DNA of 64,000 bases from Candidatus Woesearchaeota archaeon. GTDB taxonomy: Archaea > Nanobdellota > Nanobdellia > Pacearchaeales > GW2011-AR1. The notes beneath the pieces are model-generated. The model was not told the origin of the DNA, did not search any database, and saw only the letters and a list, made by a program, of their open reading frames with translations. Each line of letters opens with the position of its first letter. The stretch's first letter is position 1. The DNA is taken from contig CAYXNX010000002.1 of assembly GCA_964467035.1 (NCBI GenBank), positions 10,896-74,895 on the forward strand, read 5' to 3'. This document shows positions 8,142 through 17,958 of this stretch, one piece after another. Both the position numbers and the translations under genes were made by a program.

Positions 8142-10610
8142 ATGGATGAGTATGATTTTAAAGAAATTGAGAAAAAATGGCAGGCTAATTGGGAAAGTGA
8201 AAAAGTGTTTGAAGTAACTGAAGATGACAGTAAAGATAAGTGTTATGTTTTGGAGATGTTTCCTTATCCTTCGGGTAGTGGGTTGCATGTGGGTCATGCT
8301 TTTAATTTTACAATTGGGGATATTTATGCAAGATATCAAAGAGCTAAGGGAAAAAATGTTTTGTATCCAATGGGTTTTGATGCTTTAGGACTTCCAGCTG
8401 AGAACGCTGCGATTAGAAACGGAACTCATCCAAAAGAGTATACAAAGAAATCTACAGATTATTTTAGGAATCAAATGAAGAAGTTGGGTTTTAGTTATGA
8501 TTGGAGTAGGGAAGTGAATACAACTCATCCTAATTATTATAAATGGGATCAATGGATTTTTTTGAAAATGTTGGAAAAAGGGCTTGCATATAAAAAAAAG
8601 TCTTCAGTGAATTGGTGTCCGAAGTGTGAGACTGTTTTGGCGAATGAGCAGGTTCATAATGGTAAGTGTGAGTATCATAGTGATACAGATGTTGAATTGA
8701 AAAATATTGAGCAATGGTTTCTGAAAATTACTAATTATGCTGATGAATTATTGGATAATATTGATGATTTGAATTGGCCTCATAGAACAAAGGCGATGCA
8801 GAAAAATTGGATTGGGAGAAGCGAGGGTGTAGAAATTGATTTTGAGATTGAGGGAAAAAAATGGCCGGTTTTTACTACAAGGCCAGATACAATTTATGGG
8901 GTTACATTTATGGTTGTGTCTGCACAACATCCCGAGCTTATGAATTTGGTTAAAGAAGAACAGAAAAGTGAAGTTGAAAAGTTTTTGAAGAAGATTAAAT
9001 CAGTTTCAGAGAAGGAGATGGAAGATTTAGAAAAGGAGGGTGTTTTTACTGGAAGTTATGCTGTTAATCCTATTACGCAAGAAAAAGTGCCTGTTTATGC
9101 AGGGAATTTTGTAGTGGCAGATTATGGTAGTGGGATGGTAATGGCTGTGCCTGCTCATGACCAAAGGGATTTTGAATTTGCGAAAAAATATAGTATTAAA
9201 ATAAAAGTTGTTATAAACCCTGTTGAGTATGAATTGAATTCTGAAAAAATGGCAAGGGCGTTTACAGGTAGGGGGAAAATTACAAATTCAGAAAAATTTA
9301 ATGGTTGGGATAACGAAGATGCGATTGATGAAATGATTGGGTTTTTAGAAGAAAAAAAAGTTGGAAAGAGAAGTGTTCAATTTAAGTTGAGAGATTGGTT
9401 GATTTCAAGACAAAGGTATTGGGGGACTCCTATTCCTGTTGTTTATTGTAAAAATTGTGGTATTGTGCCTGTTCCAGAGAATGAGTTGCCTGTTGAACTT
9501 CCAGAAAAAGTTGAATTTGGGAAAGGTAATCCTTTAACAACTAACGAAGATTGGATTAATACTTCTTGTCCCAAGTGTGGGGCTGAAGGAAAAAGGGAAA
9601 CTGATACAATGGATACTTTTGCAAATAGTTCGTGGTATTTTTTGAGATATTGTGATCCTAGAAATGATAAAGAAATTTTTTCAAAAGATAAAGTAAATTA
9701 TTGGATGCCTATTGATACTTATATTGGGGGGAAGGAGCATGCGACAATGCATTTAATTTATTTTAGATTTTATACTAAGTTTTTAAGGGATATTGGTTTG
9801 TTAGAATTTGATGAACCTGCGAAGAGTTTGTTTCACCAAGGGATTTTACATGGGGAAGATGGGTTTAAGATGTCAAAGACAAGAGGAAATGTTGTCGATC
9901 CTTTGGATACAATTGAAAATTATGGGGCAGATTCTTTGAGACTTTTTTTAGTTTCAACAGCTTCACCAGATAGTGATTTTAATTGGAGTGATAAAGAATT
10001 GCAAGGAATTTATAAATTTGTGAATAAGGTTTGGGATTTTTTTCAAGAAATTAAATTGGGAAAATCTTCTGCAAAATTAGAAAGTAAGTTGAACAAAACT
10101 ATTAAAGAACTTGGAGAAGATATTGAGAATTTTAAATATAATTTGGCAGTTATTAAATTAAGACAATTGTTTTCTAGTTTTGAGAGTGAAAGTGAAATTG
10201 CAAAAAAAGATGTTGAGAAATTTTTGAAATTATTTGCTATTTTTTGTCCGCATATTTCTGAAGAAATTTGGAGCAATTTGGGAAATGGAGAAATGATTGG
10301 TTTATTAAAGTGGCCAGAGGTGGATGAAAGCAAAATTAATGAAAAATTTGAGCAAGAGGAAAAAGCATTTGAGCGAACTATTTCCGATATTAATAATTTG
10401 TTAAATTTGATGAAAGAAAAAGGAAGGGAAATTAATGATGTTTATATTTATACAATTCCTCCTGAGCTTGAGATTTACAATGAGGAAAAACTTTCAAAGA
10501 GGTTTGGTGTAAATGTAAAAATATTTGCGTCAAATGATAAAGATAAATATGATCCTGAAGGAAAAGCAGGGAAGGCAAAACCTGGAAAACCGGGAATTTA
10601 TTTAGAATGA
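8142..10610 (+). CDS. leuS: Leucyl-tRNA synthetase, bacterial-type architecture
   Basis: MFPYPSGSGLHVGHAFNFTIGD (HIGH region), GFDALGLPAENAA, WCPKCETVLANEQV, QKNWIGRSEG and FKMSKTRGN (KMSKS). The N-terminal ~230 aa are collinear with E. coli LeuRS as I recall it. Confidence 0.95.
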   Translation: MDEYDFKEIEKKWQANWESEKVFEVTEDDSKDKCYVLEMFPYPSGSGLHVGHAFNFTIGDIYARYQRAKGKNVLYPMGFDALGLPAENAAIRNGTHPKEYTKKSTDYFRNQMKKLGFSYDWSREVNTTHPNYYKWDQWIFLKMLEKGLAYKKKSSVNWCPKCETVLANEQVHNGKCEYHSDTDVELKNIEQWFLKITNYADELLDNIDDLNWPHRTKAMQKNWIGRSEGVEIDFEIEGKKWPVFTTRPDTIYGVTFMVVSAQHPELMNLVKEEQKSEVEKFLKKIKSVSEKEMEDLEKEGVFTGSYAVNPITQEKVPVYAGNFVVADYGSGMVMAVPAHDQRDFEFAKKYSIKIKVVINPVEYELNSEKMARAFTGRGKITNSEKFNGWDNEDAIDEMIGFLEEKKVGKRSVQFKLRDWLISRQRYWGTPIPVVYCKNCGIVPVPENELPVELPEKVEFGKGNPLTTNEDWINTSCPKCGAEGKRETDTMDTFANSSWYFLRYCDPRNDKEIFSKDKVNYWMPIDTYIGGKEHATMHLIYFRFYTKFLRDIGLLEFDEPAKSLFHQGILHGEDGFKMSKTRGNVVDPLDTIENYGADSLRLFLVSTASPDSDFNWSDKELQGIYKFVNKVWDFFQEIKLGKSSAKLESKLNKTIKELGEDIENFKYNLAVIKLRQLFSSFESESEIAKKDVEKFLKLFAIFCPHISEEIWSNLGNGEMIGLLKWPEVDESKINEKFEQEEKAFERTISDINNLLNLMKEKGREINDVYIYTIPPELEIYNEEKLSKRFGVNVKIFASNDKDKYDPEGKAGKAKPGKPGIYLE

Positions 10611-11095
10611 GTAATCAAGAGCTTTTACAAGAATTGAAAGAGAAATTTGAGGAAGAGAAAAAGAGGTTGGGATTTAAAGCAGAATTTGAAAAAGTTAATG
10701 ATATTTATTGTATGAGTGATATGGTTCTTTCAGATGGCTTTGTGAGTGAGAAGTTTTCAAGGCAATTGATAAATAGGATTGTTGAATTGTTTGCTTCTTG
10801 GCTTAATGAAATTTATTCTTGGGTTTATCCTAACCAAATGGATTTTATTCACTTAAATGAAAATAGGACTCTTTCTGAAGAGGAAAGAAAAGAAATTCTT
10901 TTAATGATTGATAGGGTTATGTATCTTGTTAGAAAAAATAAATTAATTGCGTTTGAATATTCGGGTAAAAAAGAAGAAGGGGATTTTGTTGACGAGTTGG
11001 TTGAATTTAATGAAAAATACTTTACCCCTTTTGTGTTAAAGTTTTATGGGAAATTTGAAAAATTTTGGCGTGATGAATTTAATAAAAATTCTTAA
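10607..11095 (+). CDS. Hypothetical protein (162 aa)
   Basis: Its start overlaps the leuS stop (ATGA). No recognisable motif. Confidence 0.5.
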   Translation: MSNQELLQELKEKFEEEKKRLGFKAEFEKVNDIYCMSDMVLSDGFVSEKFSRQLINRIVELFASWLNEIYSWVYPNQMDFIHLNENRTLSEEERKEILLMIDRVMYLVRKNKLIAFEYSGKKEEGDFVDELVEFNEKYFTPFVLKFYGKFEKFWRDEFNKNS

Positions 11096-11100
11096 TATTT

Positions 11101-11517
11101 ATGGTAAGAGTAAATTTAATTGAACCTTTGAAATTATCTGATCAACATTTAATTGCAGAGTATAATGAAATTTTAATGTTGGTGGGTTATGTAAAAAAAT
11201 TCCCGGTGCTGGATGGGATTCCAAAAGAATATGTTCTGGGTGAAGGCCATATTAAATTCTTTAAAAATAAGCTGGGCTATCTTCAAGATAGGCATAATAA
11301 GTTAAGAAAAGAAATGTCTTGGAGAAAATTTAAAGTTAATAAAAAATTAGTTGTGAAAGGTTTTGGTAAGGAGTATTTTTCCTTATGGAAACCAAAGAAA
11401 AAAGATTTTGATTTGATTAAAAATAGAATTAAAGAAAAAATTGAATTAAAACAAGGATTTTATAGATATTATGGAAAGCAGAAAAATAATGAATTTTTTA
11501 TTGATTTGATGGGTTAA
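11101..11517 (+). CDS. Pyrimidine-dimer DNA glycosylase / AP lyase (T4 endonuclease V, DenV-like)
   Basis: The N-terminus MVRVNLIEPLKLSDQHLIAEYNEI and the GEGHIKFFKNKLGYLQDRH segment match the Pyr_excise family signature. Confidence 0.75.
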   Translation: MVRVNLIEPLKLSDQHLIAEYNEILMLVGYVKKFPVLDGIPKEYVLGEGHIKFFKNKLGYLQDRHNKLRKEMSWRKFKVNKKLVVKGFGKEYFSLWKPKKKDFDLIKNRIKEKIELKQGFYRYYGKQKNNEFFIDLMG

Positions 11518-11547
11518 ATTTATTAATCAGTAATTATTTTAATATAA

Positions 11548-13182
11548 ATGGAAGCTGGTATTGTTGTGTTGGTTGCAGGTCTTTTTTTAATTCTTAATTA
11601 TTGGTTTTATGGGAAATTTGTTGAGAAAAAGATTAAACCTTTGAAAAACAAAACTCCTGCTGTATCAAATAAAGATAAGTTGGATTTTTATCCTGCGAAT
11701 AAGTATTTTTTGTTTGGGCATCATTTTGCTTCTATTGCCGGGGCTGGACCAATTATTGGGCCAATTTTGGCAGTTAGTTATTTTGGATGGTTGGCTGTTG
11801 TTTTGTGGATTGTTTTGGGAAGTGTTTTTATTGGAGCAGTCCATGATTATTTTTCTTTGATGTTGTCTGTGAGACATAAAGCAAAAGGAATTTCTACGAT
11901 TACTTCAGAATCTTTGAATCAACGCTCGGGAAAAATTTTTGCAATTATGATTTGGTTAACTTTGCTTTTGATTATTACTGTTTTTTCTGTGGGTGCGGCA
12001 GATAGTATTGTTGCACAACCTTCTTTGGTTATTCCGATTATAGCTATATCTTTTATTGCAATTGGATTAGGTTTAAGTGTTTATAAGTTTAAATTTAATG
12101 CTTTAGTTTCAACTTTGGTTGCACTTGTTTTAGCTTTTATTTTTATGTATGTTGGTTATTTATTTCCTGTTGAACTTCCTTTTTCTTTAGTTATTAATAA
12201 AATTATTTGGATTTCTGTTTTGATGATTTATGGAGCTGTTGCTTCTTTGGTTCCTGTTTGGGTTTTTTTACAACCCAGAGATTATTTGAGTTCAATACAA
12301 TTAGTTTTGTTTTTATTTTTGGGTTTTTTTTCTTTATTGATTGTTAACCCTTCTGTAAATGCTCCGTTGATTTCCAAAGGTGATTTTCCTATTTGGCCAA
12401 TAATGTTTATTGTTGTGGCTTGTGGGGCTGTTTCAGGATTTCATAGTTTGGTTGCCTCGGGAACAACTTCAAAACAGTTAGCAAAAGAAAAACAAGGAAG
12501 GTTTGTGGGTTATGGGGGGATGATTGCAGAAGGTTTGTTGGCTTTATTGGTTGTTTTGATGGTTTCTAGTTTGTCTTTTGGTTCTAAAGGTATAAGTTTT
12601 TTTGATTCTTTAGATGAAGGATGGATTATTGCTTTTAGTAATGGTTTTGGGAATGTTATTTCTCAGTTAGGGATTCCTTTTTTAAGTTTTTCAATTGTGA
12701 GCTTGGTTGGTGCTTTTATGGTTAATCAATTTATTTTAACTTCTTTAGATACTTCTACAAGGATTTCTAGATTTGTTTTAGCTGATACATTTAAACCAAA
12801 AATTTTCAAAAATAAGATTTTTGCAGTTGTAATGATTGTTGTTCCTGCTTATTTGCTTGCAATTACTAATGCTTATACTAATTTATGGAGATTATTTGGT
12901 AGTTCTAATCAGTTAATTGCAGCAATTGCTTTAATTACAATTTCTGCTTATTTTATTGAGCATAAGAAAAGCATCAAGTTTTTGTTAATTCCCACTTTGT
13001 TTATGATTATTACTACTATCTCTGCTTTGTTTTATGAGTTGTTTAATTCTCAAGGTTATTTGGTTACTGGTAATTGGGTTTTGGTTTTTGTTTCAAGTTT
13101 GTTAATAATTTTAGCTTTAGTTATTTCTTGGGAGTGGATGGTTCTTGTTAAGAAAAGGTTTAAAATTAGATTATATTCATAA
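11548..13182 (+). CDS. cstA: Carbon starvation protein CstA family transporter
   Basis: FGHHFASIAGAGPIIGPILA motif, many TM helices, 544 aa. Confidence 0.85.
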   Translation: MEAGIVVLVAGLFLILNYWFYGKFVEKKIKPLKNKTPAVSNKDKLDFYPANKYFLFGHHFASIAGAGPIIGPILAVSYFGWLAVVLWIVLGSVFIGAVHDYFSLMLSVRHKAKGISTITSESLNQRSGKIFAIMIWLTLLLIITVFSVGAADSIVAQPSLVIPIIAISFIAIGLGLSVYKFKFNALVSTLVALVLAFIFMYVGYLFPVELPFSLVINKIIWISVLMIYGAVASLVPVWVFLQPRDYLSSIQLVLFLFLGFFSLLIVNPSVNAPLISKGDFPIWPIMFIVVACGAVSGFHSLVASGTTSKQLAKEKQGRFVGYGGMIAEGLLALLVVLMVSSLSFGSKGISFFDSLDEGWIIAFSNGFGNVISQLGIPFLSFSIVSLVGAFMVNQFILTSLDTSTRISRFVLADTFKPKIFKNKIFAVVMIVVPAYLLAITNAYTNLWRLFGSSNQLIAAIALITISAYFIEHKKSIKFLLIPTLFMIITTISALFYELFNSQGYLVTGNWVLVFVSSLLIILALVISWEWMVLVKKRFKIRLYS

Positions 13183-13537
13183 GTTTTATATAATGGATTT
13201 TATTTATGAAGATATGAAAAAAGAGATTAGTTTTTGGTATTATGTTGTTTGGGGATTGGGAATTATTGCTATCGGATTGTTGGTTTTTGGAATTTTTAGA
13301 GCTTTGATTTAAAATGAGGATGGGGGAATCTTTATCTATAATTTCACATTTAATTAATTTTTTGATTTTTATTTATTTTAGTATTTTTCTGATAAAACTT
13401 AATGCTTTGGATTTTTTTGGGCTTTTTATAAGTGCTTTTGGTTTGATTGTTTCTTTAATTGCAAACATTATTTCTGTTTTGGAAAAATAATTTATCAATA
13501 ATTTTATATAATAGATTTTATTTATTATTTTTATAAA

Positions 13538-13795
13538 ATGGCAAAACAAATTGGGAAGATTACTCATTTTTTTGATAAAGTTGGTGTAGCAGTTATTGAG
13601 CTTGAAGGAGTTTTAAAAGTTGGAGATGCAATTCAGATAAAGGGGGCAACTACTGATTTTGAGCAAAAAGTTGATTCTATGCAAGTTGAACATAAGAATG
13701 TTGAAAGTGCTGGCAAGGGTGATGCTGTGGGTTTGAAAGTTGGAGAAAAAGTTAGGCTGAATGATTTGGTTTTTATTATTGAAAACGACCAATAA
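13538..13795 (+). CDS. Small beta-barrel protein resembling EF-Tu domain 2 (translation-factor-like)
   Basis: 85 aa reading GKITHFFDKVGVAVIELEGVLKVGDAIQIKG...GDAVGLKVGEKV. Confidence 0.45.
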   Translation: MAKQIGKITHFFDKVGVAVIELEGVLKVGDAIQIKGATTDFEQKVDSMQVEHKNVESAGKGDAVGLKVGEKVRLNDLVFIIENDQ

Positions 13796-13924
13796 TTTTT
13801 TATATTGTTTTAATTTATAATTTTTATGCAGGATTTAAGAGAGGAGGTTTTATGTATTGAAGAAATGATTAAGAATACTCCAAATAGTTCTAAAGATGTT
13901 GTTACAAATTATCATGCTTAAATT

Positions 13925-14230
13925 TTGCAGAGACTTGATTTAGGGGGTGTAATTCCTGTTCCTTCTTCTTACCATAGAAATTTACATCAGATAATGTGGA
14001 TGAAGGGACATGAAGTTTTTGAGGGTTATAATGATTTTGGGGAAAGTGTTAGTGATTTTGTTTCACACGGAGAAAGGGATAGATTTAATGTTTGGTATGC
14101 TTGGAAGTATATTTTGGGAAAAAAGTTAGATGAGTGGGAGTTAAATATTGTGAAGGATGCTTCTACTCTTTGTATGGAAAAATATAATCATCCTTTGGAG
14201 GATTTGGACGGAGATGAATTGGCTATTTAA
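13925..14230 (+). CDS. Hypothetical protein; possibly the 3' part of a gene interrupted by an in-frame TAA at 13919
   Basis: TTG start only. An ATG ORF at 13826-13921 lies in the same frame immediately upstream. Confidence 0.3.
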   Translation: MQRLDLGGVIPVPSSYHRNLHQIMWMKGHEVFEGYNDFGESVSDFVSHGERDRFNVWYAWKYILGKKLDEWELNIVKDASTLCMEKYNHPLEDLDGDELAI

Positions 14231-14277
14231 TTTTTGTTTAAAATCTTTGGCTTATTCTTTGGAAGTTATTGGATGAA

Positions 14278-16026
14278 TTATTCTATAATTGCTTTGATTC
14301 TTCTTATTCCTGCAGAGCTTGAAGATTCTTTTAAGATTTTGAATTTTCCAATTTCAGCAGTGTTTGAGACATGGGGTCCGGTGCAAATTTCTTTGCTGTA
14401 TTTTCCAATTGTATAAACTGAAACTATGTCTGGGTATTTTGCGCCAAATTCTCCTTGTGCACCTGATTTAAGGGCTTGTTCTAAAGGCATTTCTTTTTTT
14501 TCAATTAGAATGTTTTCTTTAATCCTATCATTTACCCATTGCTCTACTTTTTTAAGTTCTTCATCTGTTAATTTTCTGGGGAAATTAAAGTCAAATCTTA
14601 GGCGTTCGGGGTTGATATTTGAACCTCTTTGTTTTATGTTTGGGTCTTTGAAAACTTCTTGTAATGCTGCGTTTAGTAGGTGGGTTGCTGTATGTAATTT
14701 TTTAGTTTTTTCACTTGAATCAGCTAAGCCAGATTTGAACTGGCCAGAACTAGAAGTTCTTGAAAGTTCTTGATGTTTTTTTAATTCTCTTTCAAATTCT
14801 TTTACTTCAACTTTAGCTTTTTTTTCTTTTGCAAGTTCTTGTGTCATTTCTATTGGAAAGCCAAAACTTTGGAATAAAAGGAATGCTTGTTTTCCAGAGA
14901 TAACTTTGTTTTTAGAGAACTTTTCAAATTTTTTTATTCCTAAGGAAAGTGTTTTGTTGAATTTGTCTTCTTCTTTTTCAAGTTCATTAAAAATAAATTC
15001 TTTATTTTTTTCAAGCTCTTCATAATCTTTGTAGATTGGAATTACTGATTGGGCAATTTGTTTAGTAAATTGTTTTTGAATTCCTAAAATTTTTCCATAT
15101 CTTATTGCTCTTCGGATTAGACGGCGAAGAACATAACCTCTTTCGGCGTTGGAGGGTGTAACTTTTTTTTCAGCTAAAATAAAAACAGATGCTTTTATGT
15201 GGTCGGCGATGATTCTCATATGTTTTTCATTTTGTTGATAAGTTTTTTCAGAGATTCTTTCTATCTCTTTGATTATTGGGGTCCAAATTTCTGTTAAGTA
15301 ATTATCTTCAAGTCCTTGAAGAACTGCAATTGTTCTTTCAACTCCGCCTCCAAAATCAATATTTTTTTGAGGGAGTTCTTCAAATTTGTTGGAAGGGTTT
15401 TTATTAAATTCCATTAAAACATTATTTCCAATTTCAACCCAAGTTTCATTTTCGGGGTCAAATGTTTCTGGAGTTTTTGAGGAAGATTTCCAATAAAATA
15501 TTTCTGTGTTTGGTCCGCAAGGTCCGGTATTGCCTGCTGGCCCCCACCAATTATCTTTGAGAAAAGCAATTCTTTTTTCAGGAATTCCTATTGATTTCCA
15601 AATTTCAACAGATTCTATGTCTTTTTTTATTTTTTTATCTCCGGCGAAAACAGAAACTGCTAATTTTTCTGGAGTAATGAGGAGGGATTTGGTGAGAAAT
15701 TCGTAGGTTAATTTTATTGCTTCTTTTTTCCAATAATCTCCAAGAGACCAATTTCCAAGCATTTCAAAAAAAGTGTGGTGGTAAGAATCACCGACTTCTT
15801 CAATGTCGACTGTTCTAATACATTTTTGAATATTTACTAATCTTTTTCCCAACGGGTGTTTTTGACCTAATAAGAAAGGGGTGAGTGGTTGCATTCCTGC
15901 TGTTGTGAATAAAACCGTGGGGTCGTTTTCAGGGATTAAACTAGAGTTTGGGAGAACTGCGTGATTTTTTGATTTGAAAAATTCTATATAATTGTTTATT
16001 AATTTTTTTCGAGTTAGTTTTTTCAT
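14278..16026 (-). CDS. alaS: Alanyl-tRNA synthetase, bacterial-type, minimal form lacking the C-Ala domain
   Basis: DPTVLFTTAGMQPLTPFLLG, IQKCIRTVDIEEVGDSYHHTFFEMLGNWSLGDYWK, editing-domain HTATHLL and CTGPHV. The protein ends at AGIRRIKAIIE at 582 aa. Confidence 0.9.
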   Translation of the reverse strand: MKKLTRKKLINNYIEFFKSKNHAVLPNSSLIPENDPTVLFTTAGMQPLTPFLLGQKHPLGKRLVNIQKCIRTVDIEEVGDSYHHTFFEMLGNWSLGDYWKKEAIKLTYEFLTKSLLITPEKLAVSVFAGDKKIKKDIESVEIWKSIGIPEKRIAFLKDNWWGPAGNTGPCGPNTEIFYWKSSSKTPETFDPENETWVEIGNNVLMEFNKNPSNKFEELPQKNIDFGGGVERTIAVLQGLEDNYLTEIWTPIIKEIERISEKTYQQNEKHMRIIADHIKASVFILAEKKVTPSNAERGYVLRRLIRRAIRYGKILGIQKQFTKQIAQSVIPIYKDYEELEKNKEFIFNELEKEEDKFNKTLSLGIKKFEKFSKNKVISGKQAFLLFQSFGFPIEMTQELAKEKKAKVEVKEFERELKKHQELSRTSSSGQFKSGLADSSEKTKKLHTATHLLNAALQEVFKDPNIKQRGSNINPERLRFDFNFPRKLTDEELKKVEQWVNDRIKENILIEKKEMPLEQALKSGAQGEFGAKYPDIVSVYTIGKYSKEICTGPHVSNTAEIGKFKILKESSSSAGIRRIKAIIE

Positions 16027-16116
16027 TAAATTTGTAGTGAGGGAGTGTTTAAAAAATTTGTTAGTTTTTTGGGTAGGACTACAAAACTTTATAAGTTATT
16101 TTGCATTTTATAATAA

Positions 16117-17871
16117 ATGAAACCAAAACTTAATTATTCTTGGGGAAGATATATTAAAGATTATTGGATGTTATTGGAAGGACGGAGATTTAAGTTTACT
16201 TTTTATTCTTTGGTGATTGCTATTTCTTATACTATTCCTTTTATAATTGCTTATTTATTTGGAAAGACGATTGATTTTTTTGTGGATTATTCTGTTGGAA
16301 ATGATTTAAAATTATTTTATATTTTGGCTCTTTCAATTGCTGTTTTAGGAGCTCTTCAAGTTTGGATTAGGTTTTATGGGAAAAAAGGATTAACTACTTT
16401 GGGAGCAGATATTAAACGAGAAATAAGAATTGGAATTATGTCTAAACTTATGGATCTTGAATTAAAATGGCATGATAAAGAAGAAACAGGAAGTAAGGTT
16501 CAAAAAATTAATCGGGGAGCTGATGATATTCATAATGGTATTGGCACATTTACAAGTATAGTAATTCCTATTTTTGTAGGTCTTTTTGGAGGGATCATAG
16601 CTTTTTTGGCATTAAATTTTACATATTTGATTTTTATTTTAATTTATATTTTTGTTTATTTGTTAATTGAAGGTTATTATAATTCTAGAATTAATTACTG
16701 GGAAGATAGATTGAATAAATATAGGGAAAGAGTTAGTGGAAAGTTTCATGAATCTGCTTCTAATCTTCTTACAATTAAATCTTTGGGATTGAAAGAGAGT
16801 TTTAGAAATTCCACTGCTAATTATGAAAAAAGAGCTTACAAAATTTGGGAGAAAAAACGTGATGTAAATCAAATGAAATTTAAAGTTGCTAAAAGTTTTG
16901 GAGCTTTTGGATATGGTTTATTTATTGTCTTAGTGGGATTAAATGTTGCAAAAGGATTGATTAGTGTCGGTTCTATAGTTATGTTTGTAGCATATTTTGA
17001 AAGAGTGAAAGGAGCTCTTGATAATTTGACAAATAGTAGTTTACAATTTATTAAAGTAAAATCCTCTGTAGGCAGGTTTATGACAATTTTTGGAATTGAA
17101 TTGTTTGACCAAGATGAAAATAAAGATCAAATTCATAATAATTGGAAAAGTGTAGAATTTAAGAATGTTAGTTTTAAATATAAAGATCAACTGGTTTTGA
17201 AGAATTTTAATTTTAAACTTAAAAGAGGAGAAAAAGTGGGAGTGGTTGGGGAATCTGGGTCAGGCAAGTCTACTTTAACCAAATTAATCTTAGGATTATA
17301 CAAACCAAATAAAGGACAAATATTGATTGATGGGAAAAATATTAATCAATATTCTCATAATTCTTTGATAGATTTGGTGAGTGTTGTTTTACAAGAATCT
17401 GAAATTTTTAATACTTCTTTGATTAATAATGTTACAATTTCTTCTAGAAAAAGGGATCCTGAATTATTTGAAAAAGTTGTTAAATTGGCACAAGTTGAAC
17501 CAATAATTAAGAGGTTGCCTAAAGGAATGAATTCTTTGTTGGGGGAAAAGGGTTATCATTTAAGTGGGGGTGAAAGACAAAGAATTGGGATTGCAAGAGC
17601 TTTATACAAAGATTCTCCCTTTTTGATTTTAGATGAAGCAACAAGTTCTCTTGATTCAAAGACTGAAAATTTAATTCAAGAAGCTATTAGTGAAAATCTT
17701 GAAAAGAAGACAGTTTTGATAATTGCACATAGGCTTTCAACATTAAAAGATGTTGATAGAATTATTGTGCTTGATAAGGGGAAAATTGTTGAACAGGGAA
17801 ATTATAAAGAATTGATTAAAGCTAAGGGGATTTTTTCTAATTTGTTGAAAAGGCAAAAAATGGAACATTGA
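16117..17871 (+). CDS. ABC transporter, fused permease/ATPase (MsbA/MdlB-like exporter)
   Basis: Six-TM N-terminal domain, Walker A GESGSGKST, signature LSGGERQR, Walker B FLILDEATS. Confidence 0.9.
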   Translation: MKPKLNYSWGRYIKDYWMLLEGRRFKFTFYSLVIAISYTIPFIIAYLFGKTIDFFVDYSVGNDLKLFYILALSIAVLGALQVWIRFYGKKGLTTLGADIKREIRIGIMSKLMDLELKWHDKEETGSKVQKINRGADDIHNGIGTFTSIVIPIFVGLFGGIIAFLALNFTYLIFILIYIFVYLLIEGYYNSRINYWEDRLNKYRERVSGKFHESASNLLTIKSLGLKESFRNSTANYEKRAYKIWEKKRDVNQMKFKVAKSFGAFGYGLFIVLVGLNVAKGLISVGSIVMFVAYFERVKGALDNLTNSSLQFIKVKSSVGRFMTIFGIELFDQDENKDQIHNNWKSVEFKNVSFKYKDQLVLKNFNFKLKRGEKVGVVGESGSGKSTLTKLILGLYKPNKGQILIDGKNINQYSHNSLIDLVSVVLQESEIFNTSLINNVTISSRKRDPELFEKVVKLAQVEPIIKRLPKGMNSLLGEKGYHLSGGERQRIGIARALYKDSPFLILDEATSSLDSKTENLIQEAISENLEKKTVLIIAHRLSTLKDVDRIIVLDKGKIVEQGNYKELIKAKGIFSNLLKRQKMEH

Positions 17872-17958
17872 AGGGTTTAAAATTTTGAGGAAAATTTGTT
17901 TGGGGTGTTATTTCTTTTAGATAGTAACTTTTATAAATGGGTTTTGGGATTGGTGGAG

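Noticed and set aside
13919-13921. In-frame TAA as evidence for stop-codon reassignment
   Set aside because: TAA terminates many well-supported genes in this window at the expected protein ends, including leuS-adjacent ORFs, the DHH gene and rpl15e. A reassigned code is therefore not supported.
14426-15706. Antisense ORFs within alaS. Similar ORFs lie inside leuS (10043-10333, 8748-8930), proS (35320-36522), gatB (40929-41138, 41451-41771), rarA (33101-33427) and the surface-protein genes (23095-23526, 23641-23910, 28608-28988)
   Set aside because: Each lies opposite to, or out of frame with, a strongly supported conserved gene. Long spurious ORFs of this kind are expected in AT-rich sequence with few stop codons on the antisense strand.
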